A DNA stretch of 64,000 bases from Nageia nagi (Eukaryota > Plantae > Pinophyta). Within the stretch, counting starts at the first letter, position 1. Each line of letters begins with the position of its first letter. The stretch spans positions 5,766,001-5,830,000 of the forward strand of contig JBITNC010000001.1 of NCBI GenBank assembly GCA_050084985.1, read 5' to 3'. Shown here one piece after another: positions 24,671-37,367 of the stretch. The position numbers and the translations under genes were made by a program. The notes below the pieces were generated by a model, which saw only the letters and a list, made by a program, of their open reading frames with translations, had not been told where the DNA came from and did not search any database.

Positions 24671-26375
24671 GTATATCTCCAGACTTTATGTTTTACAAAG
24701 AATGATCAACCTTAATTATAAAAAGATGAATTTAACACCGCATATTGTTTCATTTAAATAAATATATTTTAAATTTTTAGTTAATATATTTATTAAATAT
24801 TAAAATCAAATAATCATTAAAACACTAAAACAATGATGAATTTTAGACTCAAATTTCTATTAGAAAATTACTAATTTTATCGACCTACATTCTATTGATA
24901 TATAAATCTTAATAATTAAACATAAAAAATGATTTAAATATAAATATTTTTTAAATTTTCAAAAACACATAAAAAAATACTAAAAAAAATCATAATTCGA
25001 TATAAATAGAAATGAAATTATATATGTATACTATTAAAAAGAATATGAAGATCATAAAAAGATGTATTATGATAAAAATAAATAAAATGTAATGATATCT
25101 AGGAACTTAATCCTTCTAATAATTAAATGATGAATATAAGTAATAATAAAATTATTTTATTTGAATATTATAATGAAATTCAATAATAAAATCAAGGTAA
25201 TGAATTTATGAAAAATTGTATTGAGTCACATATAGAAGAATTACGAATATTTAGAATGAAGGGGATTCATTACTCATTATAAAGTGGTAATGAATAAAGT
25301 TAATACCCTATCAACTATTTTGGTAATTAAATAGTTTTAATATCAAAAAATTTCTTTTGAAATGATATTGTATATCGTTAAACTATTTTATTTAGCGATT
25401 AAATTGTTTATGAACATGATTTACAATATTATTTTAAAAATAATAAATCAAGTATGTAGTATGTTCCTAATAGAATACAAATGAAGATATTTTAATATTA
25501 TAAGGAAAATATGAACAGCTCTTATTACAAAATTGTCATTGAGCAAAAATAATAATATGCATGATTCTTTTAATATATGTACCAACTAATAAGGTTTCAA
25601 CCTAATAACTTCATTCAACTCTCTCATTATTATTTAGTCATTCAAATTAATAGCCTTCTTAGACTATAAACATATATTTTTTATGTTTATTCTCTTGAAT
25701 AAGAATGTGCATTTGAGTTTACATTAGGGATGTTGTTGAGAAAATGGATGATAAAATATCTTAGATGTGGGAGGCTCATGTTAAAATCTCATAACACCCC
25801 AAGTGTGAAAGAATACAATAAAAATATATATCGAGTTTTTTCACAAGTGTGAAGGGATTAAGAAGTGCAAGTCATGGACGACTTTAACAAGAGAAATACC
25901 CTTTGATTGTAGCATCTTAGTTGTAAGTAGCCTACCAATAAGGTTGGTTTCTAATAAAATAAAATAAATGAGTATATTATAATATTTCTAAAGCTTTCAT
26001 ATTCTTACAACATACTAAACTTTAAACACCCACTCAAGCTCAAGGGACTGGTCTTTTACTTGAATATTGATTATTTACTTCCTTGCTTGACTTCCATGCC
26101 TATAAAGAACTTCTATTTATAAGCTTATGTTATATAGTCACTTATGCCTACATTATATAATAATTTTTGGATATATATAGTAATGTTAGGATATTATATA
26201 TTTTATGGTACTTTGAAAAATTATAAATTTCCTCCAAAGTAATATATTAAACTAAGGTTAAGGTAGATGGTATGATAGTAAATATTCATTCTATTATTAA
26301 GATCATTAGTGAAATCTAAGAGGCTTCATTATTGAGTACTATATTTTATGGTTGTAATAGTTTGTATGAAAGCTC

Positions 26376-28231
26376 TTTTTTTTTAAGGTAAATTTATATT
26401 AACAATGGTTTTTTATATAGGGCCTAAAATTCTTTCTTACAAAAATTGTTATGATATATCATTGAAAATGTTACTATCTACGTTATCCTACATTTTACTT
26501 CCATCCTTGGAAGGAGGATCCATCCATCTATGGTAACCAAACAGAGAGTATAGATCAATAACATAAGCAAAAGTATCCATTTCCATGCCCTGTATTTCTT
26601 TGGTCATAGCATTCTCCATCTTGTCCATGAAATCCCACCCAGCCTTGATGATGTTTTCTTGTTGATTAGGCATTCTATCCAATGGGATGCCCTCTGGTAG
26701 CCTCTTTATGGTTGTTCTCATTCTATGTAACTTCTGCTTTCTTTCCCTTTACTCACGATCATCATCATAAACTCGTATGATGGGCTGGTGAATTGCATAA
26801 GACTCGTAGAAGTTTGCAACAGTGAAGCCAAACTATGGGGAGAGGAGATAACTAACTTTTCTTTTTTGGTCCCCTTTCTTCATTTCTTTAGGTTAGTCTT
26901 CAACATTAGATAGAACTATATTCTTCATATGGCTCCTTCCATGGAGTTGTTCTTCACTTTTGACCTCACCCAAAGAAGTTAGAACCTCTGCAACATCTTG
27001 AATTGAGTCATCTAAATTAGAAGAGATGATAACCGTAGTGGGTGATTTAGAGGGCAATAGAGGGGTAAGGTGGTAAGGAGAAGGAGGTACTCAAGTCGGG
27101 GAAGTAGTTTTAGCTTGAGGAGGTGATGGGAGAGGAGAAGGAAGGGGTGATGGTGGTGGTAGGGGTGGTGGAGGAGGTGGTGGTGGTTGTGGAGGACATG
27201 GAGGCGGAGGCTGAAAAAGGGGTTGTGGAGGCCTTTATCGTAGTGGTACCATAATTTGAACCTTGCTATGGATAAATCCCACCAAAATCTTGATGAGACC
27301 TTGGTGGATGGGGATTTGCCCTCTGTTTCTATAGATATACGAGTCTAAATAATGATACAAGAAATAAGAGAGATTTACCCAAAGATTCCCCCTAAAATGA
27401 GCCATCAATACAAAATGATAGCCCCCTACTTTTGAGTGACATCCTTCCATAGTGAATAATTTACACAGTGCAACTACAACACTATTCCATGGATATGCCA
27501 AAGAATTCACTTGATAGCTTGATTTCTTCTTAGTAGGCATTGACTCTCCATCCTCTAGAAAATTTTTGATATCTGCTTACAAAGTTCTCACATGTTTGGA
27601 ATGTTGAATCCCTTCATTTGCCATACCCATAGAACATGCAATAATACCCAAGCTAGTTATAAAATTTAGCCTATCTATGGTGATCCTTCCTTCATCCTGG
27701 GAGTCTACAACCTATCGAGACCAATTTCTTCATGCCCTTGAAGAGAATCAATAAATCCATGAATACCCCCATTGCAAAGGGTATCCCATACTACTAGGTC
27801 TTCCTTGAACACCTCCCCATTAGTGAGTTTCAATCTTTTTTATCCTATAATTATTATTTCATAAGGTATTTTATAGGTAGGGATTGTCTAAAAGCATAAT
27901 GTTAGAATGGCCATGCAAACCACAAAATGGTTTAATTTATCCCTAAGGTGATGCCACCCTGTGAAGAACATATTGATCATCTAATCAAGAGTCCAATCAA
28001 TGACCTGCAACATCATGATCCATGCCATGGCTATAGTCCCTCCAAACAAACTCCATCTATCCCTGGTGCAGTGTGTGGGATAAATGTTCATTCTATCTAA
28101 ACATGTGTGAGTATTATTGGCATCAGCTATAGTGACTCATAGTTTAATTTCTTTCATGATTACCATAATGAGCTCATACATCGTCAGTATGAGGTTCGTG
28201 GAGTCGTCAATCTTCCCACCCATGCTGCCAA
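26376..28231 (-). mobile_element. Element A: poly(A)-tailed, TSD-flanked, RT-less retroposed element with one decayed ORF (~27850-26488)
   Basis: TSD TGTATGAAAGCTC(TTT) at 26363-26375 and 28232-28244; T9 tract at 26376-26384. ORF motifs are VWDTLCNGGIHGFIDSLQGH, YPWNSV..FTMEG..YHFVLM.HFR..VNLSYFLY and HQGLIKIL, followed by a Pro-rich tract. Confidence 0.88.
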
Positions 28232-28349
28232 TGTATGAAAGCTCTTTAAAAGCTTAATATTACTACCATTACTACTAATGGTATACCATTGAGGCAATAT
28301 GCCTTTACTTCACCATAGACTTAGGTATTATATTATTATTTTTATTTTC

Positions 28350-31300
28350 ATAAAAGTCAAGGATAAATAAATAAATCTTTTAACATCCTTTTAAACCCCT
28401 TGGTTTGTAGGATCTATCAAAGTTTATTTATAAGTAAATATATATCAATTATATATTTGAATGATTATTTCTCATATAATTAAGTTGTATAATAAAATCT
28501 CCAAGCTTCTTTTGGTTATGTTGTGTTCTCTCTTTTGTCTTAAAAGAGAGGACTTAAAAATATAGAACAATAACATATGAATATAAATTTAGATCCTTCA
28601 AATTTAATTAACAACTACAACCTTGATAAATAAATTATCTATTCTTGAGAATCAAGAGATGTTTTCCCTTGATCTCCTCAAAGTTTCAAAGCAAGCAAAT
28701 TGAAGGGTATATGAAATTATTGGTATCATATCAAGGGAGACTAAAAAGCCATTAAACATGTTTAGTCATAGATGTGGTTGTATAAATGTGAATAACATTC
28801 GTGTAAGTACTTTAAGGGATATGGTGGAAGCCAATTTTACTTATTTAGACATAGATTGTATATAAGTACCTCAACACTACCATCTTTTCCAAAGTATATG
28901 TAGTCTTTCACTCCCACACATTGTATATCTATGGAAACATTTTATTCTTTTATAATGGTATTGGGCATTTTCGTAAATTTATTCCAAAAAAAATAAAAAT
29001 ATTGTATCAAGGATTTTAAAATATTATTGGAATTCATTATTCTTAGTTGTGTATACTAGCCTATAAAATTACTTGGAAAATTGAGGTGCAAAAAATATCA
29101 TACAAATATGTGAGCCTTAAATAGAACTTGTATATAAAATTAAGCTCTTATGTATCTTTGAGTATATTGGGAGATCCTTATAAGATCTAAACCAAAACTT
29201 AACATTAAGAATATTATCGATTGTATATTAATGTAGTACATGGGGAATACTCCTTTTAGAAGATCATCCTCACATATTTGACAAAGTTGGGTAATACAAA
29301 TAAGGACATGATCAATATCCTACTTGGTTAGAGATTTGAAATATTGCACCATATGTTATTTTAAGTCTTAGTTGAATATTAGAGGGTTGCACAAGTACCT
29401 ACTTTAAAAATCTAGAGGTAACCAACGTACCTATATAGTAACAAATCTTTTATATGAATAGAAGAGTAAAGTAGTACAATTTTATTAATTACTAGATATT
29501 AAACTCTTGGTTTTAGCATGAAAAAAATTATTTGAATCTTAAAATATCACTTATTAGAAACTATAGACACCTAAATTTGATTTTTATATTTTTAAATATA
29601 TAACTTTAGGTATATAAAATTACTATAGTAAATGTTCTAAAACTAATCTCACTAGGGGTTAATTTCAAATTTCATGATTATGATTATGTTATTTTTACTA
29701 TATATATTAAAGGCCAAAAAGCAAAAGTCACAATAAATTCAAAAAGGATTTTTTTTATACAAAAAACCCAAAACATGTCATTAAAAGTTTACAACACTTT
29801 TGGAAACAACTTGCCATTATTTATTTCAATGTATAGTTACTAATTGTTACTTGCCAACTTGGTAACCCAAAAAATTGGACACCCATTTTTTATTTTATGA
29901 ATTCTTAAACATTTCATATTTTTGGAGAAGCTTTCACTCTTTAATGGAACTACTAATAAAACTGTAGCATTTAGTTCTACTATGATAATATAATAATTAT
30001 TATACTTTCTCCCTTCTAGATATAATCTTTAATTCTTACAAGAGTAAACATCAATCTTCTACGATTACATAGGAAACCCATATAGAAGCTTATGTATAGA
30101 GGAGGAATTCAAACCCTTAACATTCTATTATATTATCATCATCTTTTTCCTAGTTTAGGGAGTATTCCTCCTAAAATCATACAAAGTTTATTACCTACCA
30201 GTGGCAACTGCTTTGGTTGTTTGTCTATATCTCGTCTTTCCTTTGATAGGGTGTCTCGCTCAGATCTTATCCAATATCTTCTTTTTTATCATGCTTCGTA
30301 TTACTCAATTACAATTTTTACCTCACCTTATTACTCTCACCATCATGTATTCATTATAATATGTTTAGCTCTTTGTCTCTTGATTTTATATTTTATCTTC
30401 CACTAAAAGGTATGCATTGCACTTATTTCTTCTTTGATTCTTCTTGGAATTCACTTATTGCCATGCACCATTTATAGGTGGGATATTTTATTAGGATTAT
30501 AAAAATAAACTAAGTTTGGCTACATCCTCTTCTACATGAGTCTCATTATCTACATATACTGAATCTACTACATCCACCTCTTATTGTTTCATAGCATCAA
30601 TTCTAAATGGAGCATTATTATTTATTACATATGCATAAGGGGTAATTTCACCTTCCTTAAGATTTAATTGATTCCTAGTATTATCCAAAATGTGCTCTTC
30701 TTATCTCTATTTTAGACACCACTCAATTTTGTTTAATATGGTTGTCTTAGTTGGGCAAGATCTCCCATTATGGCCAACTTGAGCATGTGTAGAGCATAGA
30801 AAATTATTATTTTCATAACGTAATTCTTGAACCTACTTTCCCAATTTAATTAAAATATTATTATTTTAGAAAACTTAACTCCAAATTATACTAGGAAACA
30901 TAATTTGGTCACCAAGAATTGAGTTTGAGCCTTCATGACATGGTCTATAACAATTAATTTCCCAAAGGATCCTGCAATTCCTTTAAAAACTTTTTGGTGT
31001 TAGGATTCAAATAGAAGGTGTAAAAGAGTGATCCAAATTAGTGCAAATAAAATTTGGTCCTTGGCTAGATTGAATATAGATTTTAATTTCTCAAGAAATA
31101 ACTCAAACTTTCCAAAAAAAACAAGGCCCAAAACTTAGAATGAAATCTCAATATTATTCATTCTTTAAAGAAAATATGATATAGTCACTAGACACCACAA
31201 TGATACTAAGGTTAACCTTGATTATCCATTTCAATTTTTTCCCACCTTTAGAATAAATCAATATTTGGCCAAGCTTTAAGAAGTCTTCCTACAAAACTGT

Positions 31301-31455
31301 AGTGCCCTTGCTTGATTACTTGATTGATGATGGATTGAGGCATTTTGAGATATATCTTCTCATTAATTTTTTTTGCTTTGAAAGGGGGTCTAATGTCAGT
31401 TGTATCCGCTTGCTTAAAGAGGATTCACCAATAAAATGAAGGTACTACCATTAGT
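28350..31455 (-). mobile_element. Probable 3' half (RT/zf-RVT region) of an old, highly decayed LINE that continues at 37368-39950
   Basis: Only faint remnants remain (YVTNGSTFILLVN beside the young LINE TSD; CQICE..HVL-like near 29290-29230). The segment is colinear with the ORF1/EN remnants on the other side. Confidence 0.4.
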
Positions 31456-31550
31456 AACATATAATTGATAGACGGGAAGAAAAGAGCGGCAACTACGATT
31501 GGAGAAACCCTGCAACTACGGCTGGGTGCACGACGTTTGGGCCCCAATAC

Positions 31551-33005
31551 ATGGCTACGGGCTCGGGGGACCCCTCAGACCTCCCACAGAATGCTTCCTT
31601 CAGTGATGTTTTGTGATCAAGATCATCTGGAGCAGGTCGTGGAACAAACAAGCCGAGATTCCACCGTATAAACATGCCAAAGTCTGAGCCATGGAAAACT
31701 GATTCTGGTTGTCTACACGCTACATCCGAGATACCTGAAATTACTATTCATAGTGATAGCGTGCATGATGAAATCAGTCTACTGGAAACCAGAGCATTGA
31801 TTTGCAAATTTTTGGGCTCCCGCACTCCCTCAGCAGCGATCAAACTCTGGGTTGCAAATGCTTGGAAGGTTCGAGGTGAGATCTGTCTAAGCTTTTACCC
31901 GAATGGCTACTTTATTGCCTTATTTGCCACAGAAATAGATAGAGATATGGTCTTTGAAGGAGGCCCATGGTTCAACGGTAATGCAGGGCTCTTCATGAAG
32001 CCCTAGCATACAGGGTTCAAACCGGATGAAGAGTATCCCTCCTCTGCTCCTGTTTGGGTACGTCTCCCAACCCTCCCAAGGGAACTCTGGAAGGAGGATA
32101 TATTCCTAGCCATTGGTAATGCCATAGGGGCATTCATGGGGGTCTCAGAGAAGACATGGAAACTAGACTCTCTTGGTTATGCTCGGATCTGTGTCTACGT
32201 AAAAACTGATTCTCCCTTGCCAGCCCAAGTTAAGATCAATCTACCCAAGGATGGCCTAACCTACCTCCAGAATATAGACTATGAGAACCTTCCCTTCCGT
32301 TGTCGGGTATGCTCAGAATATGGGCACCTAGCCAAAGCTTGCCCCCTAGCACAAAAGGTCAGTAATAACCCAGAAACTCTCAATGAAGGCTTCCAGGAAC
32401 CCAAGCGAAAACACCAAGCACTGAAAAGATCCATCCCTGATAAGGATCCCCGATCCAGCAATCGTTTCCAAATACTGCAAAATGTAAAGGACACCCCCAA
32501 CCAAGAATCTGTACAAGCTCCAACCCCCCCAAATCTTCAACAAGATCCTCAGAACAATGAAATACAACAAGAAATAACTACAGAAACCATGAACTCCCCA
32601 CATGCTAATCCAGTGCAGAGAGTTGGTAACATACAAGAGCAAATCTTCTCTTGTTCTGATACAGATCTCTCCCCCATAGTGCAGCCAAGTCAGATAGGAA
32701 ATGTTTTACAGGAAATGGACATGAATATGGAAGACCTTTTAGGCATTGAGCAAGGTATGGAGCTAGCCAAAGAAGCCCCACCAAATGATAAACCCAAACA
32801 TATTCACAGTAGGCAACCATCCATTTCTATCATAAAGCAAACACCATCATACCTAAAAACTGCAGTAGTTGGTCAAAACAAGCTCAAAGGCAGAACATCT
32901 AACCAAACTAAGCGTTCTCAAGAAGCTATGGAAAGTATAGAAATTGGGAGTCAGACACGATTGGAGGAACTCCTTGCCTCCAAAAAACAACAGGTTTCCC
33001 AATGA
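31551..33005 (+). pseudogene. LINE ORF1 (DUF4283 plus CX2CX4HX4C knuckle) with premature stops at 31614 and 32004
   Basis: MATGSGD..SFSDVL*, ALICKFLG, GPWF, APVWVRLP, YARICV and DYENLPFRCRVCSEYGHLAKAC, all in one frame. Confidence 0.93.
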
Positions 33006-36000
33006 TTATTACATCATGGAATACTAGGGGCCTCCATGACCCCAAGAAAATTCGACATGTAAAAGCCCTAGTTAGGTCAGTCAATCCTGCAATTCTCCTG
33101 ATCCAGGAATCCAAGATGATGGCTACAGAGGTTGCAAAATATCATAAACAATTTTGGTTTAGAAGCTCTTTTCTTGCCAATGACTCAAATGGTCAATCTG
33201 GTGGAGTTATTACTTTATGGGATCCCTCTAAGGTCTCCTGCTCCTTAGACTCTATTCAGGAATCTTGGCTAGCAGTTTTGGTCAAGTGTAATGTCACAAG
33301 CTCCTCTTTTGGTCTCTTAAACTTTTATGGTCCTCAACAAATGGAGAAGAAAGTGAAGTGTTGGGAGCAAATCTCAATGTGGTTAACAGCCCACTCTACT
33401 ATACCTTGTGTAATAGGTGGGGATTTCAATGCCATCAGATCCCTAGATGAGAAAATGGGAGGCTCACGTAATATGGATAGGGGTGATGACATCTTTAACC
33501 ATTTCATTGACTCTCAACAACTGATAGAACCCTTTTGTATCCAAGGAAAATTCACTTGGTCAAATGGACAGTCAAATGAAAAGCAAATCCTCACCAAGCT
33601 GGACCGGTTCTTGCATACTGCTCATTGGATTGAACAAGGAATCATTACTCAGATGGAAGTGCTAACACATGGTGGCTCTGATCACTGGCCAATATCCTTG
33701 CATATAGAAACTCCAGCCAAACGCAAAGGTTCTCCCTTTCGTTTTGAGCGTATGTGGCTCTCCCATCCCTCTTTTGAAGAACAAGTGGAGTCTTGGTGGT
33801 CTGAGGATATATGGGTGAAAGGGTCAAAGATGTTTAGGTTTGCAGCTAAGATTAGGAAACTTAAGGATAAGATTAAAGCTTGGAACAAGGAATGCTTTGG
33901 GGTTATTTTTGACAAAAGAGCTTGTTTAGAATCAAAACTGGCTAATATTGAAGCAGCTCTCCAGATTGCACAGACTGAAGACCTCCTTAAACACGAACAA
34001 CAGACTCTCCACCAATTGGATACGGTATACCTTCAAGAGGAGATTCACTGGAAGCAAAAATCACGCCTCCGCTGGCTGAAAGAAGGAGATAAAAACACCA
34101 AATACTTTCACATGACAACTATGGCTCACCGTGCAAATAACAGGATAACAATAACACTATTACTGACCCAGAGGACTTGGATGCCCACGTTGTCTCTTTT
34201 TTTCAGTCCTTACTTAGTGAAGAAGCCATCAGTCGAGAGGAAGCCCAACAACAATGCCTGGACTTCATCCCACAGCTTATTTCTCCAGCCATGAATTTCA
34301 AGCTTATGGCACCTGTGTCAGAGGAGGAGGTTGAAGCGGCAGTTTTTCAAATGAAAAGTTGGGGAGCCCCAGGCCCTGATGGATTCCCTCCAGGGTTCTA
34401 CCAACATTTTTGGCATTTACTAAAGGCAGAAGTAGTGGAAGTTGTCAGAGAGTCCTTTACCTCAAAGCAAATTCTGAGTAGGTTCAACCATACATTCCTG
34501 ACCCTCATACCTAAGTCAGAAGATGCAAAATCTATTGATGCATTCAGACCTATCTCTTTGTGTAATTCAATATACAAAATTATTTCGAAAGTGGCTACAA
34601 ACAGGCTCAAGGTCATAGTTCCATACATCATCTCTGATGAACAAAAAGCCTTTGTACAAGGGAGACAGCTAATGGATGGTGCCATCCTAATTCATGAGCT
34701 TGTTCACTCTCTTAATACCAGGGGGGAGAAGGGATTACTTATCAAACTTGATATGAAAAAAGCATTTGATAGAATCAGCTGGTCCTTCTTGCTAAAGATT
34801 ATGGAAAAGTTTGGGTTTGACATTGGATGGATACAGTGGATATATGCTTTAATTGGCAATCCCTCATTCTCTGTGCTAATTAATGGAAGCGCTAGAGGCT
34901 TCTTCAAGAGTTCTCGTGGCCTTAGGCAAGGTGACCCACTGTCACCGTACCTCTTCATCATAGTTGCAGAAGCCCTTGGTAGGGGTCTAACCCACTTGCG
35001 ATCCTCTGGTCACCTAAAAGGCTTGCACGTCAACCACCTTTGCCCAGCTGTCTCACACTCCCAATTTGCTGATGACACGCTACTAGCTGCCTATCCATCC
35101 ATTCAGGAGATAAATACTATCAAGAGTCTTCTCAGTACTTATGAAATTGCCTCTGGTCAAGCAGTAAACTATACAAAGTCAAAGTGGTACAGCATCAACC
35201 TGGACCCTGTCCTCCTTCAGGTAATGGATAGATCCACAGGTATGACCCTAGACACACTTCCAAGCATTTACCTAGGTCTTCCCCTTGCTCAAGGTGGAAA
35301 TGTAGGAGGATTCTGGGACTCCATAGTTGGCAAGTTAAAGTCAAAACTGGAGGTATGGAAAGGCAAATGGCTCTCTTCCACTGGTAGACTGGTAAAAATT
35401 AAGGCTATCCTGAGTGCTTTGCCCAATTTTTGGTTGAGTGTTTTTTGGCTGCCAAATAAAACTCTTGATCAAATGGAACAAATCATGCAGAACTTCCTAT
35501 GGAATGGTATGTCAGAAGCCAAAAAAATCCACCTAGTAGCTTGGCAAACTATTTGCACTAGTACTAAGTCTGGGGGGTTGGGAGTCAAACGCTTAAGACT
35601 AATGAACCTTGCTCTATTGGGCAAAGTTGTGTGGAGATGTTATTGCAATCCTTCATCACCATGGAGCCAAGCTCTTAGATCGAAATACTTAGACAACCAG
35701 GACCCCACACGAATCTTCACAGCTGAAAACTTGCCTATTGGTTCATTAGTTTGGAATGGTCTTAAGAAAGCCAGGAATCATGTTTTACAATTCATAAAGT
35801 GGGATGTGGGGTCAGGGAAAAAAGCAAAATTCTGGGATGACATCTGGTTACTCCCTGAATCACTCTCCAAAAAACCTGAGTTCGATGCACTTAAGCCCAT
35901 CTTGTGCAATCTTTGGGGGATAGTATTGTGGATTATTATGAGTGGGTGGATGACAATTTAGTAAGACAGCCAAGATGGAAGAAAATAACAGGGATCCTCC

Positions 36001-36785
36001 CTGGACAGGAGGCAGTCTCAACTCAGCTTGAATCCATGCTACGCAGCCACAAGCTCAATCCAAAAGAGGAGGATAAGCTCATCTGGCCACTTACCCCCTC
36101 CAGGTCATACACGGTTAAATCAGCCTATAAAGCTCCTCATACTGCTGCACGCTCCCCTTGGCCTCCAACAGTTTGGTCCAAAGTGTGGAGAAACAGAGCA
36201 TGGCCTAAGGCCCAGTTTTTTCTATGGACAGCCACTCACGATAAACACCTTGTGGGGGTCCAGTTGCTCAAACGTGGCTTCTTAGGCACATACAATTGTG
36301 TCTTTTGTGGTGAAGCAGAGGAGTCAGGGCCTCACATCCTATTGCATTGTACCTTCACCATGGAAATCTGGTTCAAATTCCTCTACATCTTTGGCTTACA
36401 GTGGACTATGCCAAGCAATATAGGGAACCTGCTATCCTCATGGGAATACCCCAAATAGAGACAAGTGCCAATGGTAATCTGGAATGCAGCTCCGGCAATG
36501 ATCTGCTGGAATCTATGGATAGAACGAAATAACCGCATTTTCAGAGGCCAACCAAAATTAGTAGACCAGGTTTGGCATATTACAGGCAAAAATTTAGCAA
36601 TGATATGGGCAGCCCACACAGTTGTTGATAATGAAACAAGGCAAGAACTTTCAAACCTTCACCCCTGGGACCACATCCTCTTTGCCTAGCATCTCAAAGT
36701 ATCAAACACTATCGATGAAGCTACACCAGCTGGATCAGATGTAGTAGCTGAAACAAACTTCAGACGAGCTCCAGAAAGCGTCTAG
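33002..36785 (+). pseudogene. LINE ORF2 (APE endonuclease, RT, zf-RVT) with frameshifts at ~34150 and ~35915 and stops at 36456 and 36687
   Basis: SWNTRGL, LIQE, GGDFN, KLDRF, SDHWPI, PGPDG, RPISLCN, KLDMKKAFD, GLRQGDPLSPYLF, FADD, YLGLPL and CVFC..EE..HILLHC. Confidence 0.96.
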
Positions 36786-37118
36786 CACCAGAAAGCGTCT
36801 AGCTCCAGAAAGCGTCTAGCACCAGAAAGCGTCTAGCTCCAGAAAGCGTCTAGCACCAGAAAGCGTCTAGCACCAGAAAGCGTCTAGCTCCAGAAAGCGT
36901 CTAGCACCAGAAAGCATCTAGCTCCAGAAAGCGCCTAGCACCAGAAATCATCTAGCTCCAGAAAGCGTCTAGCACCAGAAAGCGTCTAACTCCAGAAAGC
37001 GTCTAGCACCAGAAAGTCTAGTACCTAGAAGTCTAGCACCAGAAAGTTGAGCTCCACAGACGAGCCCCAAAAATGAGCTCCAGAGGTGAGCTCCAGAGAC
37101 GAGCTCCAGAGACGAGCT
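36765..37118 (+). repeat. 17-bp minisatellite (CCAGAAAGCGTCTAGC[A/T], ~14 copies) followed by 13-bp GAGCTCCAGAGAC units in the LINE 3' UTR
   Basis: Seen directly in the sequence. Confidence 0.95.
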
Positions 37119-37367
37119 TACTGCATATGCTCCAGGGGGGCCCCATCAGCGACCTTAGTATTCATACTAGTAGTCCTAGTAATCTTAGCGGTTTGATTTA
37201 GTATCTTGTACAGCATGTCTAACTGTGCTCACTGTAGCTTCCATAAGCTTGACATGTCTTTCAGCCTCCTTTGCTGGATTGGCAGTAATGACCATTATGT
37301 AATTTTGTTGACTGGTTAATCAATAGAATTTATTTACTTACCAAAAAAAAACATATAATTGATAGAC

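Larger units (their letters stand above)
31474..37349 (+). mobile_element. Full-length L1-clade LINE (5876 bp)
   Basis: 18-bp TSD AACATATAATTGATAGAC (31456-31473, 37350-37367), TTACC plus A-tail at the 3' end, ORF1 and ORF2. Confidence 0.97.

Noticed and set aside
27100-27235. Extensin or formin-like host gene
   Set aside because: The poly-Pro tract is part of the decayed ORF inside TSD-bounded element A.
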